The notes under the pieces: generated by a model
Database searches by the model: none
What the model saw: only the letters and a program-made list of their open reading frames with translations
Told to the model about the DNA's origin: nothing
Assembly: GCA_041576165.1 (NCBI GenBank)
Contig: JBFGLM010000034.1
Span: 1-52,612, forward strand
Reading direction: 5' to 3'
From: Acidimicrobiia bacterium
GTDB lineage: Bacteria; Actinomycetota; Acidimicrobiia; Spongiisociales; Spongiisociaceae
Length of the DNA stretch: 52,612 nucleotides
Program-made: the position numbers and the translations under genes
Shown here: positions 26,319-35,975 of the stretch, in pieces
Numbering within the stretch: the first letter of the stretch is position 1
How the letters are laid out: each line of letters opens with the position of its first letter

Positions 26319-26746
26319 ATGGCTCACACCAAGGTCCCCAAACGGTTCACCCAGCTAGGCACGGTCCTGCACCGCAGTCTCTACCGGCTGTCGGGGGGGC
26401 CTCGCGCATGTTCGACATGGATGTCGTGCTGCTCACGACGAAGGGTCGGCGCAGCGGCAAGGAGCGGACGGTGCCGCTGTTTGCGGTTGAGCACGGAGAT
26501 GGGTGGGCGGTGGTGGCATCGAACAGCGGGCACGATCAACATCCGGCCTGGTACCTCAATCTGACCGCCGCCGGTGAGGGCACGGTCACGCTCGGGTCTA
26601 CCAAGACTCGGGTGCGGCCGCGTGGAGCCGACGACGCCGAGCGGGAAGAACTGTGGAAGCAGTTCGTGGACCGGTACAGCGGGTATGCCGAGTATCAGCG
26701 GGTTACGGATCGGGCCATCCCGGTGGTGGTCCTGGAACCCGTGTAG
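26319..26746 (+). pseudogene. F420-dependent (Ddn-like) nitroreductase with a frameshift at a G7 tract
   Basis: MAHTK...LHRSLYRLSGG continues in another frame as ASRMFDMDVVLLTTKGRRSGKERTVPL...VASNSGHDQHPAWYLNL...YQRVTDRAIPVVVL; G7 at 26393-26399, and G8 would restore the frame. Confidence 0.8.
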
Positions 26747-26761
26747 CCGGTCCCGTCGCGC

Positions 26762-28801
26762 TCACAGCGCCAGGCACAGCCGCCGGGCGTCGTAGATGGC
26801 AGCATGGATGTTGCGGCTTGCGACCGCGTCGCCGATGCGGAACAGCTGGTACGAGCCGTTCGGGTTGGCCACCAAGTCCTGGGGCCGTAGGTCGATGAGG
26901 GCGTCGACATCCACCTCGCCGAGATTGGCCGAACTCTCGATCAATTCGAAGTAGATGTTGGCGTTTGGCTCGGTGCCGTGCTCCACCAACACCTGGTCGA
27001 CCTGGCGATCAGAAAGGCCACCGGTGTATTCGTTCTGCAGGCTGGCTACCAGTTTCCCGCTCTGGCGCATCACACGTACGAGCCGGTGATCCGGTGTCAT
27101 TGTGACCCCGTGGGCGTACAGAAGCTGCAGGTATTCGGGGTACGCCGTCCCGATCAGTTCGTGGCCGACGTGCCGGTCGGGGGTCGCAACCTCCACTGTT
27201 GCCCCCGACTCCAGCAGCCGTTCCACTGCCGAGATCGCCTCGTAGTTGCCATGGTCGTCGTAGACGAGAACCGACTCGGCCGGCCGGACGTCGCCGCTCA
27301 ATACGTCCCATGCGGAGTGGGTGAACTCCACACCAACGAACTCGGGTGCCCGCGGCCAGCCGCCGGTGGCCACGATGACGACGTCAGGGGCGAGGCCGGC
27401 GACCGTGGCCGCATCGGCGATCGTGTTGAGCCGCACCTCGACGCGCGCGTGTTTGACCTCGGATGCGAGCCAGTCGGCGATCCCCCGCAGCTCGCGGCGC
27501 CGGTTGGAAGCCCGGGCCGCCAGCAAGACCTGGCCACCCAGCTCGTGGGATGCCTCGAACAGGGTGACCTGATGCCCCCGGGCGGCGGACACCCTGGCTG
27601 CTTCCAGCCCCGCCACTCCCCCGCCGATCACAACCACCCGGCGGGAGGGCCGAGTCGGAGCCGGCACCAGCTGCGGAATCGTTGCCTCCCGCCCCGTCGC
27701 CGGGTTGTGGACACACAGGGCATCCTGGCCCAGATACAGCCGGTTGATGCAGTAGGACGCGCCGACGCACGGGCGGATCCGGGCCGCGTCGCCGGCCTCG
27801 AGCTTGCGGACGATGTGGGGATCGGCCATATGGGCCCTGGTCATGCCCACCATGTCGACGTACCCGGCTTCGATGGCATGGCGGGCGGTCTCGAGGTCCG
27901 TGACGCGGGCCGCTTGAAATACGGGGATGTCGACGGCGTCTTTGATCGCGCCGGCAAACGCCAGGTGCGGACCGAGCGGGGTGCCCAGCCCGGGTATGAC
28001 GCGAGCGATCGCCTCGTCGGTGGCGATCCAGCCTTTGATGACGTTGACGAAGTCGATCATGCCGGTGCGGACCAGGCCGCGGGCAATGGCGATCCCGTCC
28101 TCCGCGGTCAGCCCACCTTCCCGGTCCTCATCGCATGTCATGCGGATGCCGACGATGAAGTCGTCCCCAACCTGTTCTCGGATTTCAGCCAGCACCTCGA
28201 GGCTGAACCGCATCCGGTTTTCCAAGCTGCCTCCATAGCGGTCGAAGCGCCGGTTGGTGAGCGGCGACCAGAACTGGTCCAACAGGTGGCCGTACGCGAT
28301 CACTTCGCAGCCGTCGAGATTTCCGTCTCTGGCCCGCCGCGCTGCCTGGCCGTAGGCCTTGATTATCCGGCGAATGTCGAACTCTTCCAGCTCTTTGGGG
28401 AAGCTGCGATGGGCGGGCTCGCGCACCGACGAGGGAGCGACCGTCGGGAGCCAGTCGCCGTCGTCAAACACGGTGCGGCGGCCCATGTGTGTGAGCTGCA
28501 CCATGGTGGCGGCCCCATGGCGATGTATCCGCTCGGCCATCTCCCGGAAGTACGGAATGATCGAATCATCACCTGCATACAGCTGTCCGAAGACCGGCGG
28601 TGAGTCCGGGGCGATGTTGGTCGAGCCGCCGAACATCGTGAGGGCCAGCCCACCCTTGGCCTTTTCCTCGTGGTAGAGCTGGTAGCGCAGCTTGGGCTTG
28701 GCGTCTTCGGCATAGGCCGGCTCATGGCTGGTGGACATGATCCGGTTGCGCAGTCGCAGATATTTCAGCTGGAACGGTTGGAGCAGCGGGTCGGAGGCCA
28801 C
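26762..28801 (-). CDS. NADH:flavin oxidoreductase (OYE family with Fe-S/FAD), N-methylproline demethylase (HpbA/StcD)-like
   Basis: DPLLQPFQLK.LRLRNRIMSTSHEPAY, NRRFDRYGGSLENRMRF, IRPCVGASYC, C.HNPATGRE, GGGVAGLEAAR, RIGDAVASRNIHAAIYDA. Substrate is inferred. Confidence 0.85.
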   Translation of the reverse strand: MASDPLLQPFQLKYLRLRNRIMSTSHEPAYAEDAKPKLRYQLYHEEKAKGGLALTMFGGSTNIAPDSPPVFGQLYAGDDSIIPYFREMAERIHRHGAATMVQLTHMGRRTVFDDGDWLPTVAPSSVREPAHRSFPKELEEFDIRRIIKAYGQAARRARDGNLDGCEVIAYGHLLDQFWSPLTNRRFDRYGGSLENRMRFSLEVLAEIREQVGDDFIVGIRMTCDEDREGGLTAEDGIAIARGLVRTGMIDFVNVIKGWIATDEAIARVIPGLGTPLGPHLAFAGAIKDAVDIPVFQAARVTDLETARHAIEAGYVDMVGMTRAHMADPHIVRKLEAGDAARIRPCVGASYCINRLYLGQDALCVHNPATGREATIPQLVPAPTRPSRRVVVIGGGVAGLEAARVSAARGHQVTLFEASHELGGQVLLAARASNRRRELRGIADWLASEVKHARVEVRLNTIADAATVAGLAPDVVIVATGGWPRAPEFVGVEFTHSAWDVLSGDVRPAESVLVYDDHGNYEAISAVERLLESGATVEVATPDRHVGHELIGTAYPEYLQLLYAHGVTMTPDHRLVRVMRQSGKLVASLQNEYTGGLSDRQVDQVLVEHGTEPNANIYFELIESSANLGEVDVDALIDLRPQDLVANPNGSYQLFRIGDAVASRNIHAAIYDARRLCLAL

Positions 28802-28811
28802 GCCGTGCCTC

Positions 28812-29648
28812 TCAGCTGCGGGCCGCAGCCAATGTGTTGGCCATCAGCATGGCCCGGGTCATGGGGCCGACCCCTCCTGGGACCGGGGTGATGGCCCCGG
28901 CTACCTCGGTGGCGGATGCGAAATCGACGTCACCGACGAGCTTGCCACCGACCCGGTTGATGCCGATGTCGATGACGATGGCCCCCGGCTTGATCATCTC
29001 CCCGCTGATCATTCTCGGAACTCCAACCGCAGCCACGACAATGTCGGCTTCCCTCACCTGTGCCGCCAAGTCCGGCGTGCGGGAGTGAGCGATGGTGACC
29101 GTCGAGTCGACACCCCGGGCGGACAGCATGAGAGCCATCGGCCGGCCCACCAGAAATGAGCGGCCGACCACGATGCTTTTGGTGCCACTCGTCTCAAGAC
29201 CGTAATGCTCGAGAATCTGCATCACCCCGGATGGTGTGCAGGGCCGCAATCCGGGCCGGTCGAGGAGGAGTAGCCCCAGGTTGTACGGGTGGAGTCCATC
29301 GACGTCCTTGCCCGGTGCGATGCGCTCGGTGATGGCCTCACTGTTCAGGCCGGACGGAAGCGGCAGCTGCACGAGGATGCCGTGTACGTCAGTATCTTCA
29401 TTGAGGGAGTCGACCAGTCGTTCGATGCTTCGCTGATCGGTGTCGGCCGGCAGCTCGTGGTGAAACGACCGCATGCCGCACTCTTCGGCGTCCTTGCGCT
29501 TGCCTCGCACGTAGGTGTGCGAGGCCGGGTCATCCCCGACCAGCACCGTGGCCAGGCCGGGCGGCCGGTCCAGCTTCGCCACCTGGACCGCTACCTCGGC
29601 TTTGACGGCGGCCGCCACTGCTTTTCCATCCAGAATCGTCGCTCCCAA
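28812..29648 (-). CDS. folD: Bifunctional methylene-THF dehydrogenase/cyclohydrolase
   Basis: LDGKAVA, LVGDDPASHTYV, GILVQLPLP, KDVDGLHP, PCTPSG, ITPVPGGVGPMT; start 29648 (TTG) or 29654 (GTG). Confidence 0.95.
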   Translation of the reverse strand: MGATILDGKAVAAAVKAEVAVQVAKLDRPPGLATVLVGDDPASHTYVRGKRKDAEECGMRSFHHELPADTDQRSIERLVDSLNEDTDVHGILVQLPLPSGLNSEAITERIAPGKDVDGLHPYNLGLLLLDRPGLRPCTPSGVMQILEHYGLETSGTKSIVVGRSFLVGRPMALMLSARGVDSTVTIAHSRTPDLAAQVREADIVVAAVGVPRMISGEMIKPGAIVIDIGINRVGGKLVGDVDFASATEVAGAITPVPGGVGPMTRAMLMANTLAAARS

Positions 29649-29680
29649 TGCCACCCCTCTCGGCGTGAAGGTCGAGCCGT

Positions 29681-30529
29681 CTACAGCGCGGCCAGGTATT
29701 CCCGGCGCCAGCGTTCGGTCGTGTCTACCTGATTGAAGGTATAGATGTGCACACCGACGATGTTGGCCCACCCGGCCGCCAGGGTGTCTGCCATGTCTTC
29801 GAGCAGCTCATCGGCTGAATAGCCACCGGGCTGCACAAACGTCCGGATCAGACGTTTGTTGTGCGCCAGGAACCGAGCCGATTGCCCGACGCCGATCCGG
29901 GCCGCGATCTTCATGAGCCTGAGGCGCTCGGCGACTCCCGGGATCCCCAGATAGGCAGGCATTTCGATACCCTCCGCCCGGATCATCTTCAGCCAATCAG
30001 TGATTGCGTCCCCGTCGAAGCACATCTGGGTGGTGAGAGACGTCGCGTATCGCTGCTTGGCATGGAGAGCGGCCATGGCGGTGGCATCGTCGAAGACGTG
30101 GTGGCCCTCGGGATAGCTACCGATCCCGATTTCGCCAATGGCGTGACCGATCTCGGCCATTGCATCGAGGAGTGATTCGGCGTCGTAGAACTCGCCGGTG
30201 AACTCGGCGTCACCACCCACAACGAATGCCCGGTCGATGCCCAGATGTGCGATCCGCTCCATCACGGATTCGAGGTGAGCCCGGTCCCGGGTCATCCGGG
30301 CAGACAGATGCGGGATCGTCACGAACCCGAGGCGCTGCAGCTCCTCCGCCAGGTCCAGGGTGTCCTCCAATGTCTTGGCCGGTGAGGCAGTAATCGAGAC
30401 GGTGGCGCCGGCCGGGAGGAACTCGGCTTGATCCAGTACGTTCTTGAGCGGGATCAGCTCGAACACCGGGTCTTCCAGCACCCGCCGGATGGCAGCACGT
30501 TGGGCTTCCGTCAGCGTTTCGGTTTTCAT
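29681..30529 (-). CDS. metF: Methylenetetrahydrofolate reductase (short type)
   Basis: PHLSAR, FVVGGD, IGSYPEGH, TTQMCFD, HIYTFNQ. Confidence 0.88.
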   Translation of the reverse strand: MKTETLTEAQRAAIRRVLEDPVFELIPLKNVLDQAEFLPAGATVSITASPAKTLEDTLDLAEELQRLGFVTIPHLSARMTRDRAHLESVMERIAHLGIDRAFVVGGDAEFTGEFYDAESLLDAMAEIGHAIGEIGIGSYPEGHHVFDDATAMAALHAKQRYATSLTTQMCFDGDAITDWLKMIRAEGIEMPAYLGIPGVAERLRLMKIAARIGVGQSARFLAHNKRLIRTFVQPGGYSADELLEDMADTLAAGWANIVGVHIYTFNQVDTTERWRREYLAAL

Positions 30530-30532
30530 GAC

Positions 30533-32083
30533 TCACACATCCGAATCCGGGAACGATGCCTTGCGAGCAGCCACCCAGGAGTCCAACTCTTCGAGCATCG
30601 CCTCATCGATCGGTGGTGGCTCGTACTCTGCCAGCATTTGCTTCCAGCGGCGACTGGCCCGCACGACGATATCCTCCGCGCCCTCCTGTTCCCATTGCTC
30701 GAAGCTGTTGTTGTCGGCCAGGTCCGACCGCCAAAACGCAGTCTCGAAATTGGCCATGGTGTGCTCAGTGCCCAAAAAATGCTGGCCGGGCCCGGTGTCG
30801 AGCATCGTCTGCAACGCAAGGCCATTGTCCGAAAGATCCACCCCGTTGACCCATGCCGCCATCATCGACGCCTGGTCGGCGTCTATGACGAACTTCTCGT
30901 ATCCCATGGTGAGGCCTCCCTCGAGCCAGCCCGCCGTATGGAGCAGGAAGTTGACCCCGGCCTGGATCGCCGGCAGGAAGCTGATCGCACTCTCGTACGC
31001 CGCTTGCGCGTCGGGCAGCTTCGATGCAGTGAAGTTCCCGCCCGACCGAAAGGGCACACCGACCCGGCGGGCCAGCTGCGCCATCAGATAGAGCACGAGC
31101 TGCGGCTCGGGCGTGCCGAACGTCGGCGCGCCCGACTGCATCGACATCGACGAGGCGAAGGACCCGAAGATCACGGGGGCCCCCGGGTTGACGATCTGCG
31201 TGAAGGCCATACCGGCCAGCGCCTCAGCGAGGGTCTGGGTGGCGGCCGCGGCCACAGTTACCGGCGACATCGCCCCCGCCAGGATGAAGGGTGTGATCAG
31301 CGTGGCCTGGTTGTTCTCGGCATACACCTTGGCCGAGCCCAGCATGTTGAAATCCCAGGCCATTGGCGAGTTGGCGTTGCAGAGTCCGATGACGGCTGCC
31401 TGCTCACCGAGGGTGTCCTCCCCAAACACGATCTTGCACATGTCCACCGTGTCCTGGGCCCGGCTGGGGTGCGTCACCGACCCCATGAACGGCTTGTCCG
31501 AGTAGCGGATGTGGGCATGAACCATGTCGAGATGGCGCTTGTTGACCGGAAGATCGACCGGCTCGCACAGCGTTCCCCCGTTGTGGTGGAGGGCCGGTGA
31601 CATGTACGTCAGTTTGGCGAAGTTGTTGAAATCCTCGATCGTGGCATAGCGCCGGCCCCCGTCGAGATCGCGCACGAAGGGCGAGCCGTAGGCCGGGACG
31701 AGCACGGTGTGGGGATCGCCGATCACCACCGAGTGCTCCTGGTTCCGGGCGAGCTGTGTGAATGAACGGGGTGCAGTGGCCTGGATCAGCTCCCGGCACA
31801 TGCCGCGCGGAAAGCGGACGCGATCATCATCGACCTCGGCGCCGGCCCGGCGAAAGATCTCGATTCCCTCCGGGTAGTTGACCACGTCCACACCCACCTG
31901 CGCGAGCAGCGTTTCCGCGTTGTGCTCGATCAGCTCGAGCCCTTCCTCCGATACCACCTCGATCGGGTCCAGCCGGCGGGTGAGGAATGGCTGTCGTTCA
32001 ATGTGCTGGCGGGTCCGGGCGGCCTGGCGGGCTGCCCGCCCACCGGATCTGCGCCCGCCCCTCCGGGTTTGGGTCTCACTCAT
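30533..32083 (-). CDS. MttB-superfamily (non-pyrrolysine) quaternary-amine:corrinoid methyltransferase
   Basis: DRVRFPRG, PAYGSPFV, YSDKPFMGSVT, PFILAGAMSPVT, SGAPTFGTPE, SKLPDAQAAYE, HTAGWLEGGL, GPGQHFLG; no in-frame amber codon. Confidence 0.93.
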   Translation of the reverse strand: MSETQTRRGGRRSGGRAARQAARTRQHIERQPFLTRRLDPIEVVSEEGLELIEHNAETLLAQVGVDVVNYPEGIEIFRRAGAEVDDDRVRFPRGMCRELIQATAPRSFTQLARNQEHSVVIGDPHTVLVPAYGSPFVRDLDGGRRYATIEDFNNFAKLTYMSPALHHNGGTLCEPVDLPVNKRHLDMVHAHIRYSDKPFMGSVTHPSRAQDTVDMCKIVFGEDTLGEQAAVIGLCNANSPMAWDFNMLGSAKVYAENNQATLITPFILAGAMSPVTVAAAATQTLAEALAGMAFTQIVNPGAPVIFGSFASSMSMQSGAPTFGTPEPQLVLYLMAQLARRVGVPFRSGGNFTASKLPDAQAAYESAISFLPAIQAGVNFLLHTAGWLEGGLTMGYEKFVIDADQASMMAAWVNGVDLSDNGLALQTMLDTGPGQHFLGTEHTMANFETAFWRSDLADNNSFEQWEQEGAEDIVVRASRRWKQMLAEYEPPPIDEAMLEELDSWVAARKASFPDSDV

Positions 32084-32105
32084 TGGTGCCTCCGTATCGT
32101 TCTAT

Positions 32106-34085
32106 TCACGCCCGTCTCCGATTCCGCCGCCGCCTGGTTTCCGGCGGATCCGCTGAGGCGGTGGGCAGGTCCAGCACCGACGCCAGATGGGGAAACTGGT
32201 GGTCCGAATGGGGAATCCCCATTGCGCCGACGAAGTGGTCCTGGAATCGAGGCTCGACGGCGGTTTCGATCTTCTCGACCTCCCGCACCAACTGCTCGAC
32301 GTCCCGGCGGGCGCGCCCGCTCAGCAACGCAATGATGGCACCGCTACCCGCTGCGTTGCCCGCCGCGTGCACCCGGGTGAGATCACAATCGGGAATCATG
32401 CCGAGCGCCATGGCATAGGTGGGATCGATGTGACTGCCGAACGCTCCGGCCAGCCGGATTTCATCGACTGCCTGCACGTCGAGATGGTCCATCAGGAGGC
32501 GCACTCCGGCGTATAGGGCGGCTTTAGCCAGCTGAATAGCGCGCACGTCGGCCTGGGTGATTTGGATCGGCGGATCGCCGTCAAGGAGTGTGTAGGAGAA
32601 CGTGCGGCCATCGGGACTGATCCGCGGTGTCCGGTTTGCCCCGGTGATCCCACCGTCGGGGCCGACGAGGCCGGCCAAGTACAGTTCCGCGACGGCCTCG
32701 ATGATCCCCGAACCACAGATCCCGGTCACTCCAAACGCCGAGACCGATTCGTCGAATCCGGCCTCGTCCGACCACAGATCTGACCCGATGACCTTGAAGC
32801 GCGGTTCCAGGGTGTCCCGATCAACCCGAACTCTTTCGACAGCGCCGGGAGCCGCGCGCTGGCCGCTCGATATCTGCGCACCCTCGAAGGCAGGGCCGGT
32901 CGGACTCGAAGCAGCCAGCAACCGATCCTTGCTGCCCAGCATGATCTCGGCGTTGGTGCCGACGTCAACCAGCAACTGGATCTCGGAGCCCCGATGCGGT
33001 GTCTCCGACAAGGCGGCAGCCGCCGCGTCCGCCCCGACGTGACCGGCGATGCAGGGCAGCACATAGACACGGGCACCGGGATGGGCATCGAGGCCGAGGA
33101 CTCGCGCAGGGATTCGTACGGCCGCGTCTACCGCCAGGGCGAATGGGGCCGTGCCCAGCTCTCGGGGGTCGATTCCCAACAGCAGATGGTGCATGATCGG
33201 GTTACCGACGAACGTCAACTCGAGAATGTCGCTCGTTGCGACGCCCGCCTCCTCCGCCAGCTGCTCGAGGAGACTGCCGACTGCGGACCGGATGGCAGCA
33301 GTCATCTCGTCGGCGCCGGCCGGGTTCATCATGGAGTAGGACACCCGGCTCATCAGGTCCTCGCCGAAGCGAATCTGTGGGTTCATCATTCCGCTCGAAG
33401 CAATGACCTCGCCGCTGGCCAGGTCGAGCAGGTGGCCGGCCACCGTCGTGCTGCCGACGTCGAATGCCGCTCCCAGCATCAAATCGCGGAACCCAGGCCA
33501 GATGCCCGTGACGGCCTGATCGTCATGCACGGCCACGGTTACGGCCCATTTGCCCTGACGCAGAACCGGTTGCAGGTGCGGCAACAGCTCAGGCTCGATC
33601 ACCAGTTCGGCGTATTTCGGATCCCATTGCTCGGCGAGCGCCTCCAGCAAGCGCAGGGAGTCCGAGGATTGCCGGTGCATGTCGGGCTCGGACACTTCGA
33701 CGTAGTAGAGCCGCACGACCGGATCGACCTCGATGTCCACGACCTCGGCTCGCTTACGCACCACCTGGCGGTGCACCTGGCTCGATGGCGGGACGTCGAC
33801 CATGAGGTCGGTCAGCGCCTCCACTTGGCAGGCCAGGCGGCACCCTGCGGCCAGCGCGCGGCGCGGTCGGTAATCGGTTGTCTCGCTGGGCCCCGGTGGA
33901 GATGCCGACGGGCCCGGTCCACGGCCGGCAACAGATACCTGGCAGCGCCCGCAAATCGCGCGCCCGCCGCAGACGGAGTCTATGTCGACGCCCAGCATTC
34001 GGGCTGCATCGAGCACATTGGTGCCCACCGGCACCGTGCCCCGGCGGCCCGACGGTGAGAACACGATGTCGAGCGTCGCCGCCAC
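32106..34085 (-). CDS. ASKHA-type reductive activator of corrinoid protein (RACo/RamA-like, DUF4445) with N-terminal 2Fe-2S domain
   Basis: CGGRAICGRC...RLACQ, DVGSTT, NPQIRFGEDLMSR, DVGTNAEI, GPAFEG, GICGSG, LAGAFG, GNAAG. Confidence 0.92.
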   Translation of the reverse strand: MAATLDIVFSPSGRRGTVPVGTNVLDAARMLGVDIDSVCGGRAICGRCQVSVAGRGPGPSASPPGPSETTDYRPRRALAAGCRLACQVEALTDLMVDVPPSSQVHRQVVRKRAEVVDIEVDPVVRLYYVEVSEPDMHRQSSDSLRLLEALAEQWDPKYAELVIEPELLPHLQPVLRQGKWAVTVAVHDDQAVTGIWPGFRDLMLGAAFDVGSTTVAGHLLDLASGEVIASSGMMNPQIRFGEDLMSRVSYSMMNPAGADEMTAAIRSAVGSLLEQLAEEAGVATSDILELTFVGNPIMHHLLLGIDPRELGTAPFALAVDAAVRIPARVLGLDAHPGARVYVLPCIAGHVGADAAAAALSETPHRGSEIQLLVDVGTNAEIMLGSKDRLLAASSPTGPAFEGAQISSGQRAAPGAVERVRVDRDTLEPRFKVIGSDLWSDEAGFDESVSAFGVTGICGSGIIEAVAELYLAGLVGPDGGITGANRTPRISPDGRTFSYTLLDGDPPIQITQADVRAIQLAKAALYAGVRLLMDHLDVQAVDEIRLAGAFGSHIDPTYAMALGMIPDCDLTRVHAAGNAAGSGAIIALLSGRARRDVEQLVREVEKIETAVEPRFQDHFVGAMGIPHSDHQFPHLASVLDLPTASADPPETRRRRNRRRA

Positions 34086-34094
34086 GGTCGGCGT

Positions 34095-34994
34095 TCAGCT
34101 CGCCTGCGACGCGCGGCGGCGGTTGCTACGCCGGCGCCCGTTCTCCGAGTCGGGCTGGCGGTAGGTGCTGATCCAGTTGACGCAGTCCCGGTCGTGGCCG
34201 GCCAACACGTCGGCGGCCCGGACCGCTTGCATGATCTCGGCTTCGAGCGGATTGGTGATGGCCGAAGTCAACCCGGCACCGATCGCCATCGCCAGAAAGG
34301 CAGCGTTGATGCCTGCCCGGTTGGGGAGGCCAAAACTGATGTTCGAGGCCCCACACGTCGTATTGACCTTCAACTCCTCGCGGAGGCGGCGCACGAGGTG
34401 GAGGACCTGTCGCCCGGCCGTTGCCATCGCCCCGATGGGCATCACCAGCGGATCGACGACGATGTCGCAGGAGTCGATGCCGTGATCAGCGGCGCGGTGA
34501 ACGATCTTTTCGGCCACCTGAAATCGCACGTCCGGATCCTCTGAGATTCCCGTCTCGTCGTTGGTGATCGCCACAACGGCAGCACCGTGCTTCGCAACGA
34601 GGGGCAGTACTCGCTCGAGGGACTCGTCTTCCCCGGTGACCGAGTTCACCAGCGCCTTGCCTTTGTATACAGCTAGCCCGGCCTGCAGCGCCTCGATGAT
34701 GGATGAGTCGATCGACAGCGGAACGTCTGCCAATGACTGGACCAGCTGGACGGCCTCGGCCAGGATGGCCGGCTCATCCGCCAGAGGAATGCCGGCGTTG
34801 ACGTCGAGGAGATGCGCCCCGGCCGCAACCTGGGCGAGGGCGTCGGCCTCGACCCGGGAGTAGTCCCCATGCTTCATCTCTTCGGCGAGCAGTTTGCGAC
34901 CGGTCGGGTTGATCCGCTCGCCGATGACAACAAAGGGCCGGTCGAAACCGATCACGACTTCCTTCGCTGCCGATCCAACAACGGTGTCTGTCAT
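34095..34994 (-). CDS. Pterin-binding methyl-THF:corrinoid methyltransferase (stand-alone MetH folate module)
   Basis: IGERINPTGRK, LDVNAG, PLSIDSS, LVNSVTGE, VDPLVMP, GASNISFGLP; ATG at 34994 overlaps the upstream stop. Confidence 0.92.
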   Translation of the reverse strand: MTDTVVGSAAKEVVIGFDRPFVVIGERINPTGRKLLAEEMKHGDYSRVEADALAQVAAGAHLLDVNAGIPLADEPAILAEAVQLVQSLADVPLSIDSSIIEALQAGLAVYKGKALVNSVTGEDESLERVLPLVAKHGAAVVAITNDETGISEDPDVRFQVAEKIVHRAADHGIDSCDIVVDPLVMPIGAMATAGRQVLHLVRRLREELKVNTTCGASNISFGLPNRAGINAAFLAMAIGAGLTSAITNPLEAEIMQAVRAADVLAGHDRDCVNWISTYRQPDSENGRRRSNRRRASQAS

Positions 34995-35311
34995 GTATCG
35001 GCTCCTTCCTGTTCTGGCGCGATTCCGCCGCGGGCGACGAGTTGTTCCAGCGCCTCGTCTGTGTAGTCGGACTCCAGCCGGGCCGCCGCTTCGTCGACAG
35101 CCGCCTGGAGGTCTGAGTCGCAAGGTCGAGCAACCCGGCGCCACTCCTCGAGATAGTCGTTTGTGGTGTGCTTTCCGGCGCGAACCGCGGCGCGGTCGAT
35201 GGCGATCTGAAACCTGTCGGTCAGTTGCACACTGGCCTTGGACCGACCGCTGCGGGCCGTCACCTGCGCCGGGATGTCGCGCCAGTAGATTGTGATGAGC
35301 TGCCCACTCAT
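34991..35311 (-). CDS. Small 'virulence factor' family protein associated with corrinoid methyltransferase clusters
   Basis: IYWRDIPAQV...RFQIAIDRAA...YLEEWRR. Confidence 0.8.
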   Translation of the reverse strand: MSGQLITIYWRDIPAQVTARSGRSKASVQLTDRFQIAIDRAAVRAGKHTTNDYLEEWRRVARPCDSDLQAAVDEAAARLESDYTDEALEQLVARGGIAPEQEGADT

Positions 35312-35363
35312 TCGTGAGTTTCTCCCATCGCGTCGGTAACCGCGCACGCCCGCACCTGCCTCA

Positions 35364-35975
35364 TCACGTCGCCGCCGCGACGAACTGGACCAGCGACTTC
35401 CCTAGATCTCCATACCCGACATGGCGATGCTCGAAGGTCAAGCCGATGCGGTCTGCCGCCCGGCGGGCAGATTCGACCAGCCCGTCGTCTTCGACCTGGG
35501 ACAAGTACACGAGGCGTCGATAGTTCCCGAAATAGGCCTCGAGCAGTTCGGGGTGCCGGTCGATCCCCAGCCCGCCGATGATCAGTCGCTCGAAATGGCG
35601 GGCCAGGTAGTCGGTCAGGTAGAAGGTCCCCGGCTCGGCGTCGTGCATTCCCGCAAAGGTCGGGCCCGTCGCAAAGAACTCGTAGCAGTGGGCACCCGGC
35701 AACCGCTCAACCCCTCGCGCCTCCAGCACCCGGTCCAGCAGTCCACCGGTTCCACAGTCGGCGTAGCCCACGAAGATGTGGTCATACCGGGATGCCGCTA
35801 TGTCGAGTCGGGCGGCAACCGCCTCGGGAATGTGGTCGGGGGTGTTGTGGAGTGCGGCCGGAAGACATTCGACGGATACGTTGGTCCACCCGTTCCAAGC
35901 CACCAGATCCAGCAGCTCCCGGGCTAGCGCACCGCACGCCAGGATGAGGACCGTCGGCGGCTTCTGCTCAGGCAT
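35364..35975 (-). CDS. DUF1638 protein
   Basis: ACGALARE, CLPAALHNTP, YADCGTGG, PGAHCYEFF, GTFYLTDYL, YFGNY. Confidence 0.88.
   Translation of the reverse strand: MPEQKPPTVLILACGALARELLDLVAWNGWTNVSVECLPAALHNTPDHIPEAVAARLDIAASRYDHIFVGYADCGTGGLLDRVLEARGVERLPGAHCYEFFATGPTFAGMHDAEPGTFYLTDYLARHFERLIIGGLGIDRHPELLEAYFGNYRRLVYLSQVEDDGLVESARRAADRIGLTFEHRHVGYGDLGKSLVQFVAAAT

Noticed and set aside
30533-32083. Pyrrolysine recoding in the MttB-family gene
   Set aside because: The ORF is continuous with no in-frame TAG, and no pyl genes are in the window.
34991-35311. Pathogenicity inferred from the 'virulence factor' family name
   Set aside because: The gene sits inside the corrinoid methyltransferase operon; the name is historical and the context is metabolic.
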